A DNA stretch of 62,864 nt, filler included, from Deltaproteobacteria bacterium (lineage in GTDB: Bacteria > JACQOV01): NCBI GenBank assembly GCA_016202395.1. It is 5 parts of 5 records of this genome, joined end to end, with 100 filler letters (N's around TTAATTAATTAA, not from the genome) between each part and the next. Parts side by side here need not be neighbours in the genome. Positions count along the whole stretch, not along the records: positions 15,615 to 38,409 come from JACQOV010000003.1; positions 38,510 to 48,245 come from JACQOV010000061.1; 3 more parts are not named here. One strand, written 5' to 3'. The notes under the pieces are model-generated. The model saw only the letters and a program-made list of their open reading frames with translations, had not been told where the DNA came from and did not search any database. The position numbers were made by a program, and so were the translations under genes. Shown here piece by piece: positions 28,439 through 38,930 of the stretch (position 1 is the stretch's first letter; each line of letters opens with the position of its first letter).

Positions 28439-29950
28439 TTAACTTTGGAAAACTTTTTTAAATTGATTCAATGCCGTATCGATGTTCTTCCGTAAATCGT
28501 CGTCGAGCGCTTTCTTGGTTCGAATATCCTCTAAAATTTTCGGATGTTCTGCTCCAACATAACCGTAAAGTTTCTCCTCGTAACTGCGGATCTGATCCAT
28601 CGGCAATTCATCGAGATAGCCGTTGGTCGCAACATAAATAATGAGGATCTGCCGTTCCACCGACAACGGCTGATATTGTCCTTGTTTCAAAACCTCGGTC
28701 AGCCGAGCCCCACGGGCGAGTTGTCGTTGCGTGGCCTTATCCAGGTCGGAGCCAAATTGGGCAAAGGCCGCAATCTCGCGATACTGAGCCAGCTCCAAAC
28801 GAAGACGTCCCGCCACCTGCTTCATCGCCTTGATCTGGGCGTTTCCGCCAACACGCGAAACGGAGAGCCCGACGTTTACCGCTGGCCGAATGCCGGAATA
28901 GAAGAGGTCGGCCTCGAGATAAATCTGCCCATCGGTAATCGAGATTACGTTCGTCGGAATGTAGGCGGAAACGTCCCCCGCTTGTGTTTCAATCACGGGA
29001 ATGGCGGTGAGAGATCCTCCCCCTTGAGCGCTGCTCATCTTCGCAGCACGTTCGAGCAACCGAGAGTGGAGATAGAAAACGTCGCCAGGGAAGGCCTCGC
29101 GCCCAGGAGGACGACGAACGAGCAACGAAAGCTGCCGATAAGCGACAGCGTGCTTGGAGAGATCATCGTAGAAAATGACTGCGTGCATGCCGTTATCCCG
29201 AAAGTACTCTCCCATCGCACAACCGGCAAAGGGGGCGATAAATTGGAGTGGGGCTGGCTCGCTCGCTGTGGCAGCGACAACGGTGGTGTAATCCATAGCG
29301 CCGTATTTCTTGAGCCGATCCACCACTTGGGCCACGGTCGATCGTTTCTGGCCGATGGCCACATAGATGCAATGCATGTCGGCCCCTTTTTGATTAATGA
29401 TGGTGTCAATAATGAGCGCCGTTTTCCCGGTCTGACGATCGCCGATGATCAGCTCCCTCTGTCCTCGACCGATCGGGATCATCGAATCGATCGATTTGAT
29501 GCCGGTTTGAAGAGGCTCTTTCACCGGTTGACGCGCCACAATTCCTGGAGCCTTCAGTTCCACCCGTTTTCGGAGGCTTGTTTTGAGGTCTCCTTTTCCA
29601 TCGATCGGCTCCCCTAAGGCGTTCACAACACGTCCTACCACCTCTTTCCCAACAGGAACCTCCATAATCCGCCCTGTCCTATGAACCGTATCCCCTTCAT
29701 GGATATGGACGTCCTCCCCCATGATCGCCACCGCAACACTATTCTCTCCAAGATTGAGAATTAATCCATAAACATCGTGCCCAAAAGAGACAAGCTCCCC
29801 GGCCATCGCCTTCTCGAGGCCATAGATCTGAGCGATTCCGTCCCCCACCGAGAGGACGGTGCCCACCTCGGTCAACTCGACCTTCTTCTCGAACCCCTCA
29901 ATCCTTTCTCGAATAATTTTGCTTACTTCCGATGGATTCATCTGCGTCAT
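28439..29950 (-). CDS. atpA: ATP synthase F1 alpha subunit
   Basis: [34 protein letters not shown] 29950 after GGAGG. Confidence 0.98.
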   Translation of the reverse strand: MTQMNPSEVSKIIRERIEGFEKKVELTEVGTVLSVGDGIAQIYGLEKAMAGELVSFGHDVYGLILNLGENSVAVAIMGEDVHIHEGDTVHRTGRIMEVPVGKEVVGRVVNALGEPIDGKGDLKTSLRKRVELKAPGIVARQPVKEPLQTGIKSIDSMIPIGRGQRELIIGDRQTGKTALIIDTIINQKGADMHCIYVAIGQKRSTVAQVVDRLKKYGAMDYTTVVAATASEPAPLQFIAPFAGCAMGEYFRDNGMHAVIFYDDLSKHAVAYRQLSLLVRRPPGREAFPGDVFYLHSRLLERAAKMSSAQGGGSLTAIPVIETQAGDVSAYIPTNVISITDGQIYLEADLFYSGIRPAVNVGLSVSRVGGNAQIKAMKQVAGRLRLELAQYREIAAFAQFGSDLDKATQRQLARGARLTEVLKQGQYQPLSVERQILIIYVATNGYLDELPMDQIRSYEEKLYGYVGAEHPKILEDIRTKKALDDDLRKNIDTALNQFKKVFQS

Positions 29951-29974
29951 GCTAACCTCCGTAGTGACTCGCAT

Positions 29975-30517
29975 TTAGACACTCAACACCACCTTCAGCT
30001 GCTCTAGCTGACCTCGAGCGCTTCCCTCGAAAAATCTTCCTCCCACTTTGGCGCGAAAACCGGCTAGCAAACTCGGGTCGACTTGAATTTGAAGCAAGGC
30101 CTCTTTACGGCCAAAAACTTCTAACAAAGCCTTCCGTAATTTTTCTTCCGCCGATCGATCCAAAGGCTGGGCCGATACAATCTCGGCGCGCAATCGCCCC
30201 AACGCTTGATCGACCCATTCTGAGAATGCCACAGCGATTCTCGGCAAGAGCGCAATCCGCTCTTCCCGAACGAGTAGAATCAAAAACTTTTCGAGATCCG
30301 AACTCCAACCTAAAGTTTGTGACAATTTCTGGAGGAGCCCCTCTCGAACCGGCTTGGAAAACGCCGGATTTTCCAAAGCGATTCGGAGTTCCCGATTCCC
30401 TTGAAATGTTCGAGCGAGCTGAACGAGATCGTTCTCAATCTTTAAGAGACGCGCCCCTTCCCTCCCCAGGTCGACTAAGGCTCGCGCGTAACGCCTTGCT
30501 AGCGTGACTTCCTTCAC
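29975..30517 (-). CDS. atpH: ATP synthase delta subunit
   Basis: LARRYARAL, VDPSLLAG; operon position. Confidence 0.92.
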   Translation of the reverse strand: MKEVTLARRYARALVDLGREGARLLKIENDLVQLARTFQGNRELRIALENPAFSKPVREGLLQKLSQTLGWSSDLEKFLILLVREERIALLPRIAVAFSEWVDQALGRLRAEIVSAQPLDRSAEEKLRKALLEVFGRKEALLQIQVDPSLLAGFRAKVGGRFFEGSARGQLEQLKVVLSV

Positions 30518-30518
30518 G

Positions 30519-31088
30519 TCAATGAATCTCCGCCGTCTTTAAATGTCTCACCGACTGGTCTAACCAGCGATTCTCAATCTCCGGCTTCATCTCGGTATGG
30601 ATTCTCTGTTCCGCCAACTGAAGGACGGCCTCTACCCATTCGCGTCGGACCCGATGGGTCCGTTGCCTGCGTTCTACTTCCATGAGTTCTTCGGCCTCCA
30701 CCACCATCTGACGCGTTAAATCTTTTGTCTGGGAAAGAAGTTGATCCCTTTCAAGGGTTGCCTGTTTCAAGACCTGATCTCGAATATTTTCAACCTCTTG
30801 ATCCAGACGACTCCATCTCTGGCGAGCCTCTTCAAGTTTCAAACGCGCTTCTTGAATCTCGACCTCCGCCCCTCGAATCGCTTCTTGAACCGATTGCCGG
30901 CGTTCCACTAAAAACTCGCGAAGACGAGGCCCCATCCATTTCCAAAGGGCAAAAGCCAAGAGCAAAAAATTGAGCCACGCAAAAAGGAATCTCCAAGTAA
31001 AAAGCCCCTCGGCATGCTCCGCAGCAGCCGCCCACAACAAGGCGGGGATAAGGAATAATATCGCTAGCGTTTTTAAAAAAACTTTCAT
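30519..31088 (-). CDS. atpF: ATP synthase F0 subunit b
   Basis: TM helix (LNFLLLAFALW) plus charged coiled coil; operon position. Confidence 0.85.
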   Translation of the reverse strand: MKVFLKTLAILFLIPALLWAAAAEHAEGLFTWRFLFAWLNFLLLAFALWKWMGPRLREFLVERRQSVQEAIRGAEVEIQEARLKLEEARQRWSRLDQEVENIRDQVLKQATLERDQLLSQTKDLTRQMVVEAEELMEVERRQRTHRVRREWVEAVLQLAEQRIHTEMKPEIENRWLDQSVRHLKTAEIH

Positions 31089-31508
31089 TTACGCGCTCAA
31101 TATCTTTGAAACCACGAATGGAGCGATCTCCTGAGCGCGAACGCTCATCTCCTGACGAAGCTCCCGCATCTCGGCCTCCATCTTTTGCGTCGCGATCGCT
31201 TGCATTTTTTCGATCTCTTGACGCGCCTCCTCGACCGTCGTTTTCGCCTCCGCAAGGCTTTTCTCTCGAGCGGATTGATAGATCTCCGAGGCCTCCTGTC
31301 GCACTCGGCGCAATTTTTCTTCGACTTGGGATAAAACGAGGCCCGCTTCTTCGCGAAGTTTGGAGGCCTCCTTGGAAAGCCCCACCGTTTTACTCTGACG
31401 GAGCTCCATCAGATGGAGCATCGGCTTAAAAAGAAGGCGAGAGAGGAAGATCCAAGCTAAAATCAGCCAAACCATCTGAACAAAAATTGTCCAATTGAGC
31501 TCTAACAT
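31089..31508 (-). CDS. ATP synthase F0 subunit b'
   Basis: LNWTIFVQ...LLFKPML...R, coiled coil. Confidence 0.85.
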   Translation of the reverse strand: MLELNWTIFVQMVWLILAWIFLSRLLFKPMLHLMELRQSKTVGLSKEASKLREEAGLVLSQVEEKLRRVRQEASEIYQSAREKSLAEAKTTVEEARQEIEKMQAIATQKMEAEMRELRQEMSVRAQEIAPFVVSKILSA

Positions 31509-31676
31509 AACCCCTTAATAGGATTGTTAAATGTCTTAGTTAACACACCGCGTTAACCCTTGTCAACCTTCTGGGCAATAAGGTTGAATGGCATGGGCCG
31601 AAAACGGGGGCAGTTTTAAGTAAGGTTCGGGTAAAAAACCGTCCCCCAGCTGGACGTCTACAATGGAGAGGCCGCC

Positions 31677-32174
31677 TTACCGAGGCTGGGCGGCCATGGC
31701 CGAAGGACGAGGAGCGGATGAAGATACGGGCTGGGAGACCTCGCTTCGAATCGCCGTTGCCGTTTTTGTTGCCTCTCCCCCCATCTTACAGCTCCCTTCG
31801 AAAAAGACCCCCTCCTCGATCATAAGCCGAGGGCTGGAGATGTTGCCACGGAGTCTGCCAGGATTGCGAAGTTCCAACCGTTTGCTCGCGGAAAGATTTC
31901 CTTCCACCTCACCACTGATAACGACCTCCCCCGCGTCCACCTCGGCCTTCATCTGCGCATCAGCTCCGATGATCAGTTTCCCTTTTGAGAAGACCTGCCC
32001 TTTAAATCGACCGTCGATCCGAACCGTCCCTTCAAAGGTGAGCTTTCCTTCAAATTCACTTCCTTTTCCCAAGATGGCATTCATGGTATCGGTAGACGCC
32101 ACAGGTCTGGGAGGAATAGAGGCCGCCACCGGCATTTCCTGAGCTGTCTCTTCCTTCTTTTTCGCTTCAAACAT
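31677..32174 (-). CDS. Bactofilin (polymer-forming cytoskeletal protein)
   Basis: ILGKGSEFEGKLTFEGTVRIDG...GNISSPRLMIEEGVFFEGSCKM. Confidence 0.92.
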   Translation of the reverse strand: MFEAKKKEETAQEMPVAASIPPRPVASTDTMNAILGKGSEFEGKLTFEGTVRIDGRFKGQVFSKGKLIIGADAQMKAEVDAGEVVISGEVEGNLSASKRLELRNPGRLRGNISSPRLMIEEGVFFEGSCKMGGEATKTATAIRSEVSQPVSSSAPRPSAMAAQPR

Positions 32175-32204
32175 GAGTTTCTCCTTTCCCTAAATTAAGT
32201 TGAT

Positions 32205-33059
32205 TCATTTTCCTAACAACTTCGATCCAAGCCTCTCAAGATCTGCATTGGAGTAATAACTAATTTGAACAACCCCCCCTTGGCCTCGCGGCAGAATGGC
32301 CACTTTCGTGCCTAAGGCCCGCGTCCACCCCTCCTCTAATTGCCGAACGTAGGGATCTTTTTTCACCGATGCGATCTTTTCTCTCCCCCCTTTCGGCCCT
32401 ATCTTCTCCCGAACTAACGCCTCCACCTGACGAACCGAAAGCCCTTCACGAATCGTCCGCTCCGCCAGGGCGATCATACCCTTTTTGTCTTCAAGAGCCA
32501 AGAGGGGACGCGCATGCCCCTCGCTCAACCTCCCCTCGACCAACATTCTCTGGATCTCTATTGGAAGTTTAAGGAGTCGCAAACTATTGGTAATGGTTGT
32601 GCGATCTCGTCCAACCTCTTGAGAGAGGCGATCGTGTGTCCATTGGTGCTCTTCAATCAAGGCTTGATAGGCGAGAGCCTCTTCAAGCGGATTTAAATCT
32701 TCACGCTGCAGGTTCTCCACAAGCCCCACCGCCATCGCGTCGCTATCTCCCCAATCTTTAATAAGGATGGGAACTTCTGTGAGCCCCGCTTTTTGGGCAG
32801 CGCGCCAACGTCGCTCCCCTGCAATCAGTTGGAAACGTTCCCCCACCTTCCGAACGATCAGGGGCTGAAGCACCCCTCGTTCACGAACCGACTCAGCAAG
32901 GCTGGCGATCTTCTCTTCATCTATCGATTGCCGCGCTTGAAAGGGGCTCGGATCAATCGCACGAACTGAGCAAGTGAGAATGCCGACCCGGGGTGGCTCC
33001 GCAGAAGGGGTTGGAATTAAAGCGGAGAGACCTCGCCCTAAAACAGCGCGCTGATTCAT
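32205..33059 (-). CDS. parB: Chromosome partitioning protein ParB
   Basis: [41 protein letters not shown]. Confidence 0.96.
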   Translation of the reverse strand: MNQRAVLGRGLSALIPTPSAEPPRVGILTCSVRAIDPSPFQARQSIDEEKIASLAESVRERGVLQPLIVRKVGERFQLIAGERRWRAAQKAGLTEVPILIKDWGDSDAMAVGLVENLQREDLNPLEEALAYQALIEEHQWTHDRLSQEVGRDRTTITNSLRLLKLPIEIQRMLVEGRLSEGHARPLLALEDKKGMIALAERTIREGLSVRQVEALVREKIGPKGGREKIASVKKDPYVRQLEEGWTRALGTKVAILPRGQGGVVQISYYSNADLERLGSKLLGK

Positions 33060-33832
33060 GCCGTTCCCCCTATCGCGCTACGAGAGAGAAGTTCCCGAGC
33101 CAATTCTTGATAGCTGATGGCCCCCCGCGAGGTCGGATCATAGAGGTGGATCGGCTTTCCAAAGCTGGGGGCCTCGCTCAATCGGACATTGCGCGGGATA
33201 ATGGTTTTGAAAACCTGACTAGCAAAATGTTTCTCCACTTCTTGAGCCACCTGATGAGAGATGTTATTGCGCCCGTCGTACATCGTCAACAAAATCCCTT
33301 CGATTTTTAATTTTTTGTTAAAAGCCTGGTCGACTTGTTCAATCGTGCGAAGGAGATTTCCCAATCCCTCCAAAGCATAGTACTCGCACTGAATGGGAAT
33401 GATGAGGGCATCGGCCGCGGTTAAGGCATTAATGGTGAGCAATCCCAGAGAGGGAGGGCAATCCACAAAAATGAAATCGTACTTTGCGCGGAGTCGATCG
33501 ATCGCCTGTTTGAGCCGCGCCTCGCGCCCTTTAAATGAAACTAACTCCACCTCCGTTCCGATCAGATGATGATCGGAAGGGAGAAGATCCAATCCCGGAA
33601 CCTCCGTTTTGAGAATCGCCGACTCCACCGGTTCGATCCCCAACAAAATAGGGTAGAGGGTTTTATGCTCTTGAGATCGAAGGCCGAGGCCACTGGTGGC
33701 GTTGGCTTGAGGGTCGCTATCAATAAGAAGGGTTGACCGTCCCGCCATGGCCGTGGCCGAAGCCAAATTCACTGCGGTGGTGGTTTTCCCAACCCCCCCT
33801 TTTTGATTGACGATGGAATAAACAGTGGCCAT
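33056..33832 (-). CDS. parA: Chromosome partitioning ATPase ParA/Soj
   Basis: NQKGGVGKTTT, DSDPQAN, DCPPSLG, IPRNVRLSEAPSFG. Confidence 0.96.
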   Translation of the reverse strand: MATVYSIVNQKGGVGKTTTAVNLASATAMAGRSTLLIDSDPQANATSGLGLRSQEHKTLYPILLGIEPVESAILKTEVPGLDLLPSDHHLIGTEVELVSFKGREARLKQAIDRLRAKYDFIFVDCPPSLGLLTINALTAADALIIPIQCEYYALEGLGNLLRTIEQVDQAFNKKLKIEGILLTMYDGRNNISHQVAQEVEKHFASQVFKTIIPRNVRLSEAPSFGKPIHLYDPTSRGAISYQELARELLSRSAIGGTA

Positions 33833-33874
33833 GCTCGTTTTCCCCTTCATTGTAGATCAATTTGTGCCACCGGT

Positions 33875-34558
33875 CTACAACAACTTTAAGAGAGCCACTC
33901 CTCTTTCTCCCATTTTCCAGGGGAGAGAGAACGATTGCAAGTCCTCTATTTCAATCCCCCATTTAGGGAAATTTCCCCGTTGAGAATCGACCTCTTGTTG
34001 CCAAGAACGGCCCAGAATCCAAACAATTCTCCCCTTTTCTCTTAGCAATGGAAGAGCCAATGGTATCCATTGATTGAGAGGGCCCAACGCGCGAGCTGTG
34101 ACGCGGTCTAACGTTTTATGAAATTGGGACTGGATCTCTAAGTCCTCTAAACGATTATTTAAAACGACTGTATTGTCCAACTCTAATTGACGCACTATAT
34201 GACGCAAAAAATTGGACTTCTTCTTTTGAGACTCGATGAGATAGAGCCGAAGTGAGGGTTCCATAATCTTTAAAGCGATGCCCGGAAGGCCGGCGCCGGA
34301 ACCGACATCGGCTACAGAAGTATGAGATGGAAACCAGCGGATCAAAGCGATCGAATCGAGAAGATGTTTCACGATAAACTCTTTTTCGTCCGTAATCGAT
34401 GTCAGAGCCATCTTCTCATTCCATCGCTGCATCTCTGCCATGTAGGTCCAAAAGGGGTCTATCTGCTGAGGATTCAAACTCAAACCCAGTTGCTGTGCCC
34501 CTTCTAAGAGCCAGACTGAAAACTGTTCTTTATCCATCTTAGACATGGGCTTAGACAT
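33875..34558 (-). CDS. rsmG: 16S rRNA m7G527 methyltransferase
   Basis: [21 protein letters not shown]; follows mnmG; exact start uncertain. Confidence 0.93.
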   Translation of the reverse strand: MSKPMSKMDKEQFSVWLLEGAQQLGLSLNPQQIDPFWTYMAEMQRWNEKMALTSITDEKEFIVKHLLDSIALIRWFPSHTSVADVGSGAGLPGIALKIMEPSLRLYLIESQKKKSNFLRHIVRQLELDNTVVLNNRLEDLEIQSQFHKTLDRVTARALGPLNQWIPLALPLLREKGRIVWILGRSWQQEVDSQRGNFPKWGIEIEDLQSFSLPWKMGERGVALLKLL

Positions 34559-36431
34559 GTGCCCTTTGATGAAGAACAACCTGTAAAATCGAGATCGCTG
34601 CGGGGGTGACCCCCGAGATTCGAGCCGCCTGACCTAAAGAGAGCGGACGAAACTTGGAAAGTTTCTCCTGAACCTCTTTGGAAAGGCCAGGGATTCCAGA
34701 GTAATTGAAATCAACAGGGATGCGGGTTTGCTCCGCCTTACGAGATCGTTCAACCTGTTCCTCTTGGTGAAGGAGATATCCTTCATATTTTACTTGAATT
34801 TCAAGTTCCTCTTGAACCGATTCCGACCCGAGCGGTCCGAGCGAGACAGCAAGAGCTAGCTTGCGCAAAGCCTCCAGATCCAGTTCAGGGCGTCGAAGTA
34901 GCTGTTTTAATGTCACGGTATTCTCAATGGACGCACTCCCCAAAGCCTTTAATCTCTCGTTGTTAGCCGCACTGAAGGAGAGGCGTGCCTTCTCCAAAAA
35001 CTCTAATCCTTCTTGAATCTCCTGCTCCTTTCTTTCAAAACGGATCCAATCGGAATCGTTAACAAGGCCTATCCTGCGCCCTAAAGGACGCAAACGCAAA
35101 TCGGCATTATCTTCGCGCAAAAGCAAACGATACTCGGCCCGAGAGGTGAACATCCGATACGGCTCCTCCGTTCCTTTCGTCACCAAGTCATCGATCAAAA
35201 CCCCAATGTAGGCCTGAGAGCGTTGAAGGATCAAAGAATCCTCTCCACGGATTTTAAGGGCTGCATTGATTCCAGCCATGATCCCCTGTGCGGCGGCCTC
35301 TTCATATCCTGTGGTTCCATTGATCTGTCCCGCAAAATAGAGGCCTTGGACCCGTTTTGTTTCCAGTGTCGGATAGAGCTCCGTCGGAGGAACGGCATCA
35401 TATTCCACAGCATATCCAGGTCGCATCACCTCAACACGCTCTAACCCATTGATTGTACGAAGCATTTTTAATTGAACATCCTGTGGAAGACTTGTGGATA
35501 ACCCGTTAGGATAAACCTCCAAGGTGTCGTAACCTTCGGGTTCTAAAAAGATTTGATGACGCTCTTTATCCTTAAACCGAACGATCTTATCTTCGATGGA
35601 AGGGCAATAACGAGGGCCGATCCCCTCGATGACACCGGTGTAGAGTGGAGAGCGGTCCAGGCCAGAACGAATGGCCTCGTGAGTGGCGGCATTGGTATAA
35701 GTAATGTAACAGGGGACCAAACGCTGCGTAATCCTGTCCGTTGAGAAAGAAAAAGGTCGAGGAGGATTATCACTATATTGAGCCTCAAGCTTTGCAAAAT
35801 CGATGGTTCTTCCATCGAGACGAGGCGTTGTCCCCGTTTTGAGTCGAATCAACGGAAAACTGAGCTGCTGCAAGCAAGTGGAAAGCCCCTGAGCAGGCGC
35901 CTCCCCTGCTCTCCCCCCCGACACCTGAACTAACCCCATATGCATGAGCCCTCGGAGGAACGTCCCTGTTGTCAAGATTACGGCTTTGCCTCGATACTGG
36001 AATCCTGTGTTAGTCACAACACCCACCATTTTTCTATTTTCCACAAGGAGGGAGTCGACCATCGTTTGTTTGAGATCGAGTCCGGGCTGATTTTCAAGCG
36101 CCCGTTTTTGTCGAGCCCGATAGAGATGCCGATCGGCCTGAGCGCGAGAGGATCGAACTGCTGGGCCTTTACTGGCATTGAGCCTTCGGAACTGGATCCC
36201 TGTTTCATCGATCGCCTTCCCCATCTCCCCTCCTAAGGCATCGATCTCCTTGACCAGTTGCCCCTTGGCAAGCCCACCAATCGCAGGGTTGCAAGACATG
36301 TGGCCTACGGTGTCAAGATTAGCACTCAGGACAAGCGTCTTCATCCCCATCCGCGCTGACGCTAAGGACGCTTCAATCCCCGCATGCCCTCCCCCCACCA
36401 CAATCACATCATATTCTTTTTCGTAAACCAT
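34551..36431 (-). CDS. mnmG: tRNA uridine 5-carboxymethylaminomethyl modification enzyme GidA
   Basis: [49 protein letters not shown]. Confidence 0.98.
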   Translation of the reverse strand: MVYEKEYDVIVVGGGHAGIEASLASARMGMKTLVLSANLDTVGHMSCNPAIGGLAKGQLVKEIDALGGEMGKAIDETGIQFRRLNASKGPAVRSSRAQADRHLYRARQKRALENQPGLDLKQTMVDSLLVENRKMVGVVTNTGFQYRGKAVILTTGTFLRGLMHMGLVQVSGGRAGEAPAQGLSTCLQQLSFPLIRLKTGTTPRLDGRTIDFAKLEAQYSDNPPRPFSFSTDRITQRLVPCYITYTNAATHEAIRSGLDRSPLYTGVIEGIGPRYCPSIEDKIVRFKDKERHQIFLEPEGYDTLEVYPNGLSTSLPQDVQLKMLRTINGLERVEVMRPGYAVEYDAVPPTELYPTLETKRVQGLYFAGQINGTTGYEEAAAQGIMAGINAALKIRGEDSLILQRSQAYIGVLIDDLVTKGTEEPYRMFTSRAEYRLLLREDNADLRLRPLGRRIGLVNDSDWIRFERKEQEIQEGLEFLEKARLSFSAANNERLKALGSASIENTVTLKQLLRRPELDLEALRKLALAVSLGPLGSESVQEELEIQVKYEGYLLHQEEQVERSRKAEQTRIPVDFNYSGIPGLSKEVQEKLSKFRPLSLGQAARISGVTPAAISILQVVLHQRAHV

Positions 36432-36471
36432 CTCTCTCCTTCAAATTGTGAAACGTGAAACATAGCCGATG

Positions 36472-36819
36472 GCCGATAGGAAAAGTCCACTGGAATGTTT
36501 TTTATCGCTTCACTCGCAAGATTTTTTACATATCTATGGGAGGTAGGCCTCTGAACGAGCGGTTCATTTCGAGCCGTGCCACTGTTGGCTCCGAAAAGCA
36601 GCGGAGCGGATGGCTCATAGTCGGTGTCGATTCGCCAATCCTATCCTTGCCCAACGCGTTCCCCCAGGGTGAAACTGGGGGACGTAGCTGCTTTGCGAAG
36701 CCTACAGTGGCTAGGCGAGAAATGCTAAGCGAGTTCAGAGACCTACCTCCCTTGAAATGGGTCAAAAATCTTGCGAGTGAAGCGATAAAAAACATTCCTG
36801 TGAATTTTCCGCACCGATC
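36472..36819. repeat. Complete ~350-bp hairpin element (copy C) between mnmE and mnmG
   Basis: Perfect 35-bp inverted repeat 36492-36526/36764-36798 inside ~140-nt imperfect arms. Confidence 0.9.
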
Positions 36820-36829
36820 AGTCAAAAAG

Positions 36830-38221
36830 CTATTTCCCGATGCAAAACCTTCTAAAAATCTCGTTCAAAACCTCCTCATTCGTCGTCACCCCAACCACCT
36901 CCCCTATCGCATCCAAAGCCCCCCGCAACTCCCCTGCCACAATCTCCAAAGGAAGCCCCTGCTCCAAAGCTCGATCCGCCTCCTCTAACGACTTTACCCC
37001 CCTCTCCAAGGCCACTTTATGCCTAGAAAGGGTAATCATCACCCCTTGAGCCCCCTCTTTTCTCTCTTCAAAGGCCTCTTGCACCAAAGCCCCCCGCAAC
37101 CTCTCCATCCCCTCCCCTTTCAGAGCCGAAATCGGGATAACCGGGGTCCCATTGAGTACCGGTTTCAAAGTTTGAGCCGTAAGTTTTTCAGGAAGGTCGA
37201 TTTTATTAATAGCCACAATGGAGCGATGCATCGGCGCTTCCTTCAAAAGAGACCTATCTTCATCGGTGAGATTTTCACTCCCATCCAGAATGATTAAAGC
37301 GAGATCAGACAATCGAAGCTGCCCCCAAGCTCGCTGAATCCCCTCTTTCTCGATCCGATTCGATGTCGACCGAATTCCGGCGGTATCGGCCAGATGAAAT
37401 TGGATTCCGGAAAAACTCACAACCTCCTCGATGGTGTCTCTCGTTGTTCCAGGAATCTCTGTGACAATCGCCCGATCGAAATTCATTAACCTATTGAAAA
37501 TACTAGATTTTCCTACATTTGGACGCCCTACAATGGCCACTCGAATCCCCTCTCGGATTCGCCTCCCCTCTTCATAGCTAGCCACTAATTTTTTCAACTT
37601 TTCCTGAATAGGTTTAAGTTGATTCTGCGCTTGATCCCTGTGAATCTCTCCAACCCCCTCCTCCTCCGGAAAATCAAGCGTTGCCTCCACGTGAGCTAAG
37701 AGCTGAATCAATGATTGACGCAGTGCATTAATATGTTGCGAGAGCCCTCCTTGTAACCTCCTTTGAGCCTCTTGCAAAAACAGCTCGGTTTTTGCACTCA
37801 CCAAATCACAAACGGCCTCTGCCTGAATTAAATCTATTTTCCCATTTAAAAACGAACGCTTAGAAAACTCCCCTGCCTCCGCCAATCTCGCTCCCATCGA
37901 AAGGATCGTCTCCAAAATCCGATGTGTCGACAGAGCGCCTCCATGGACGTGAAACTCCACGACCTCTTCCCCCGTGTATGAGTGTGGAGCCTTCATCCAA
38001 ACCGCCATCCCTTGATCCAACATCCTCCCCTCTTCCGACACATTCATCGTTCCAACGTAAAGATGATGCGATTCCCACTCTTTTCTACCCGGACGAAAAA
38101 GTTTTTGGAGAATCCTGGGAGCCTCCCCGCCACTCACACGAATCACCGCCACTCCTCCCTCTCCCAAAGGGGTGGCAATCGCTGCAATGGTGTCCTGGGT
38201 TAAAACCTGAGAAGCCTTCAT
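36830..38221 (-). CDS. mnmE: tRNA modification GTPase TrmE
   Basis: DTIAAIATP, GRPNVGKSS, GTTRD, DTAGIR, NKID, C-terminal FCIGK. Confidence 0.98.
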   Translation of the reverse strand: MKASQVLTQDTIAAIATPLGEGGVAVIRVSGGEAPRILQKLFRPGRKEWESHHLYVGTMNVSEEGRMLDQGMAVWMKAPHSYTGEEVVEFHVHGGALSTHRILETILSMGARLAEAGEFSKRSFLNGKIDLIQAEAVCDLVSAKTELFLQEAQRRLQGGLSQHINALRQSLIQLLAHVEATLDFPEEEGVGEIHRDQAQNQLKPIQEKLKKLVASYEEGRRIREGIRVAIVGRPNVGKSSIFNRLMNFDRAIVTEIPGTTRDTIEEVVSFSGIQFHLADTAGIRSTSNRIEKEGIQRAWGQLRLSDLALIILDGSENLTDEDRSLLKEAPMHRSIVAINKIDLPEKLTAQTLKPVLNGTPVIPISALKGEGMERLRGALVQEAFEERKEGAQGVMITLSRHKVALERGVKSLEEADRALEQGLPLEIVAGELRGALDAIGEVVGVTTNEEVLNEIFRRFCIGK

Positions 38222-38274
38222 GTTTTTTCAAAATGTACCAAGCCATGCTGTTGAATTCAAGGATTTTAAAGTGC

Positions 38275-38324
38275 TTGACACCCCCTATTTTTAAGGCTAG
38301 ATTAAAAATGAATCATCATTCATT
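38275..38324 (+). promoter_or_regulatory. sigma70 promoter with downstream palindromic operator, divergent from mnmE
   Basis: TTGACA-17-TAGATT then AATGAAT-catc-ATTCATT. Confidence 0.6.
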
Positions 38325-38409
38325 ACGAACGTTGCTAGAACTGGTCTCATAAATGGTGACGAAAGCGAGATTTTGGATTTTCGAGCGAGATGAGGAGGAT
38401 GAGCAAAAA

Positions 38410-38509
38410 NNNNNNNNNNNNNNNNNNNNNNNNNNNNNNNNNNNNNNNNNNNNTTAATTAATTAANNNNNNNNNNNNNNNNNNNNNNNNNNNNNNNNNNN
38501 NNNNNNNNN
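38410..38509. other. Artificial contig linker
   Basis: N44-TTAATTAATTAA-N44. Confidence 0.98.
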
Positions 38510-38573
38510 ATATAATATTACTTGACATTTAAAATATCTTATGATAAATTACAATGGAGGACTGGAGCTGGAT

Positions 38574-38924
38574 GTGAAAAAGGGAGAGGTAGAGAGGTTT
38601 CTAAAGAAATGGAGGGAAGCCTCCCTTGGGTTTATCGATTTTGTTCCGAGGCGGAAAAACCTTGAAGGTTTAACGCAGCTAGGATTGACTCTGTCTCTTG
38701 CACGCAAAATACTTCGGGGACTTAAAGCCCAAAACTATGTGTCAGGTCCCGAAGCGGACAGAGACCGAGACACAAAAGACATCTGGGTGTTCGGAATCCA
38801 AGTGGGAGGGAGCCAAGTGTACATCAAAATTAAGATTTTTAAATGGGGGCATGAATATAGAGCCAAATGTTTGAGTTTCCACCCTGCAGAAAAACCTCTT
38901 CGGTTCCCTTTTGCAGGAGGTTAA
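38574..38924 (+). CDS. MqsR-like (RelE-fold) toxin
   Basis: RRKNL..L..LG, NYVSGPEADRD, WVFG, VYIKIKI, CLSFHPAE; TTGACA-17-TAAATT at 38522-38550 favours GTG 38574 over ATG 38541. Confidence 0.82.
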   Translation: MKKGEVERFLKKWREASLGFIDFVPRRKNLEGLTQLGLTLSLARKILRGLKAQNYVSGPEADRDRDTKDIWVFGIQVGGSQVYIKIKIFKWGHEYRAKCLSFHPAEKPLRFPFAGG

Positions 38925-38930
38925 ATCACT

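Noticed and set aside
28544-29617. 357-aa plus-strand ORF and other long antisense ORFs (1142-1756, 40410-41027, 55830-56495, 61579-62187)
   Set aside because: Shadow ORFs opposite well-supported genes, with no recognisable motifs.
34537-34559. Short duplication giving MSKPMSKM at the rsmG start
   Set aside because: A trivial duplication at a gene overlap that only makes the start ambiguous.
33056-38409. oriC expected near mnmE-mnmG-parAB
   Set aside because: No cluster of TTATCCACA DnaA boxes or AT-rich unwinding element was found by eye.
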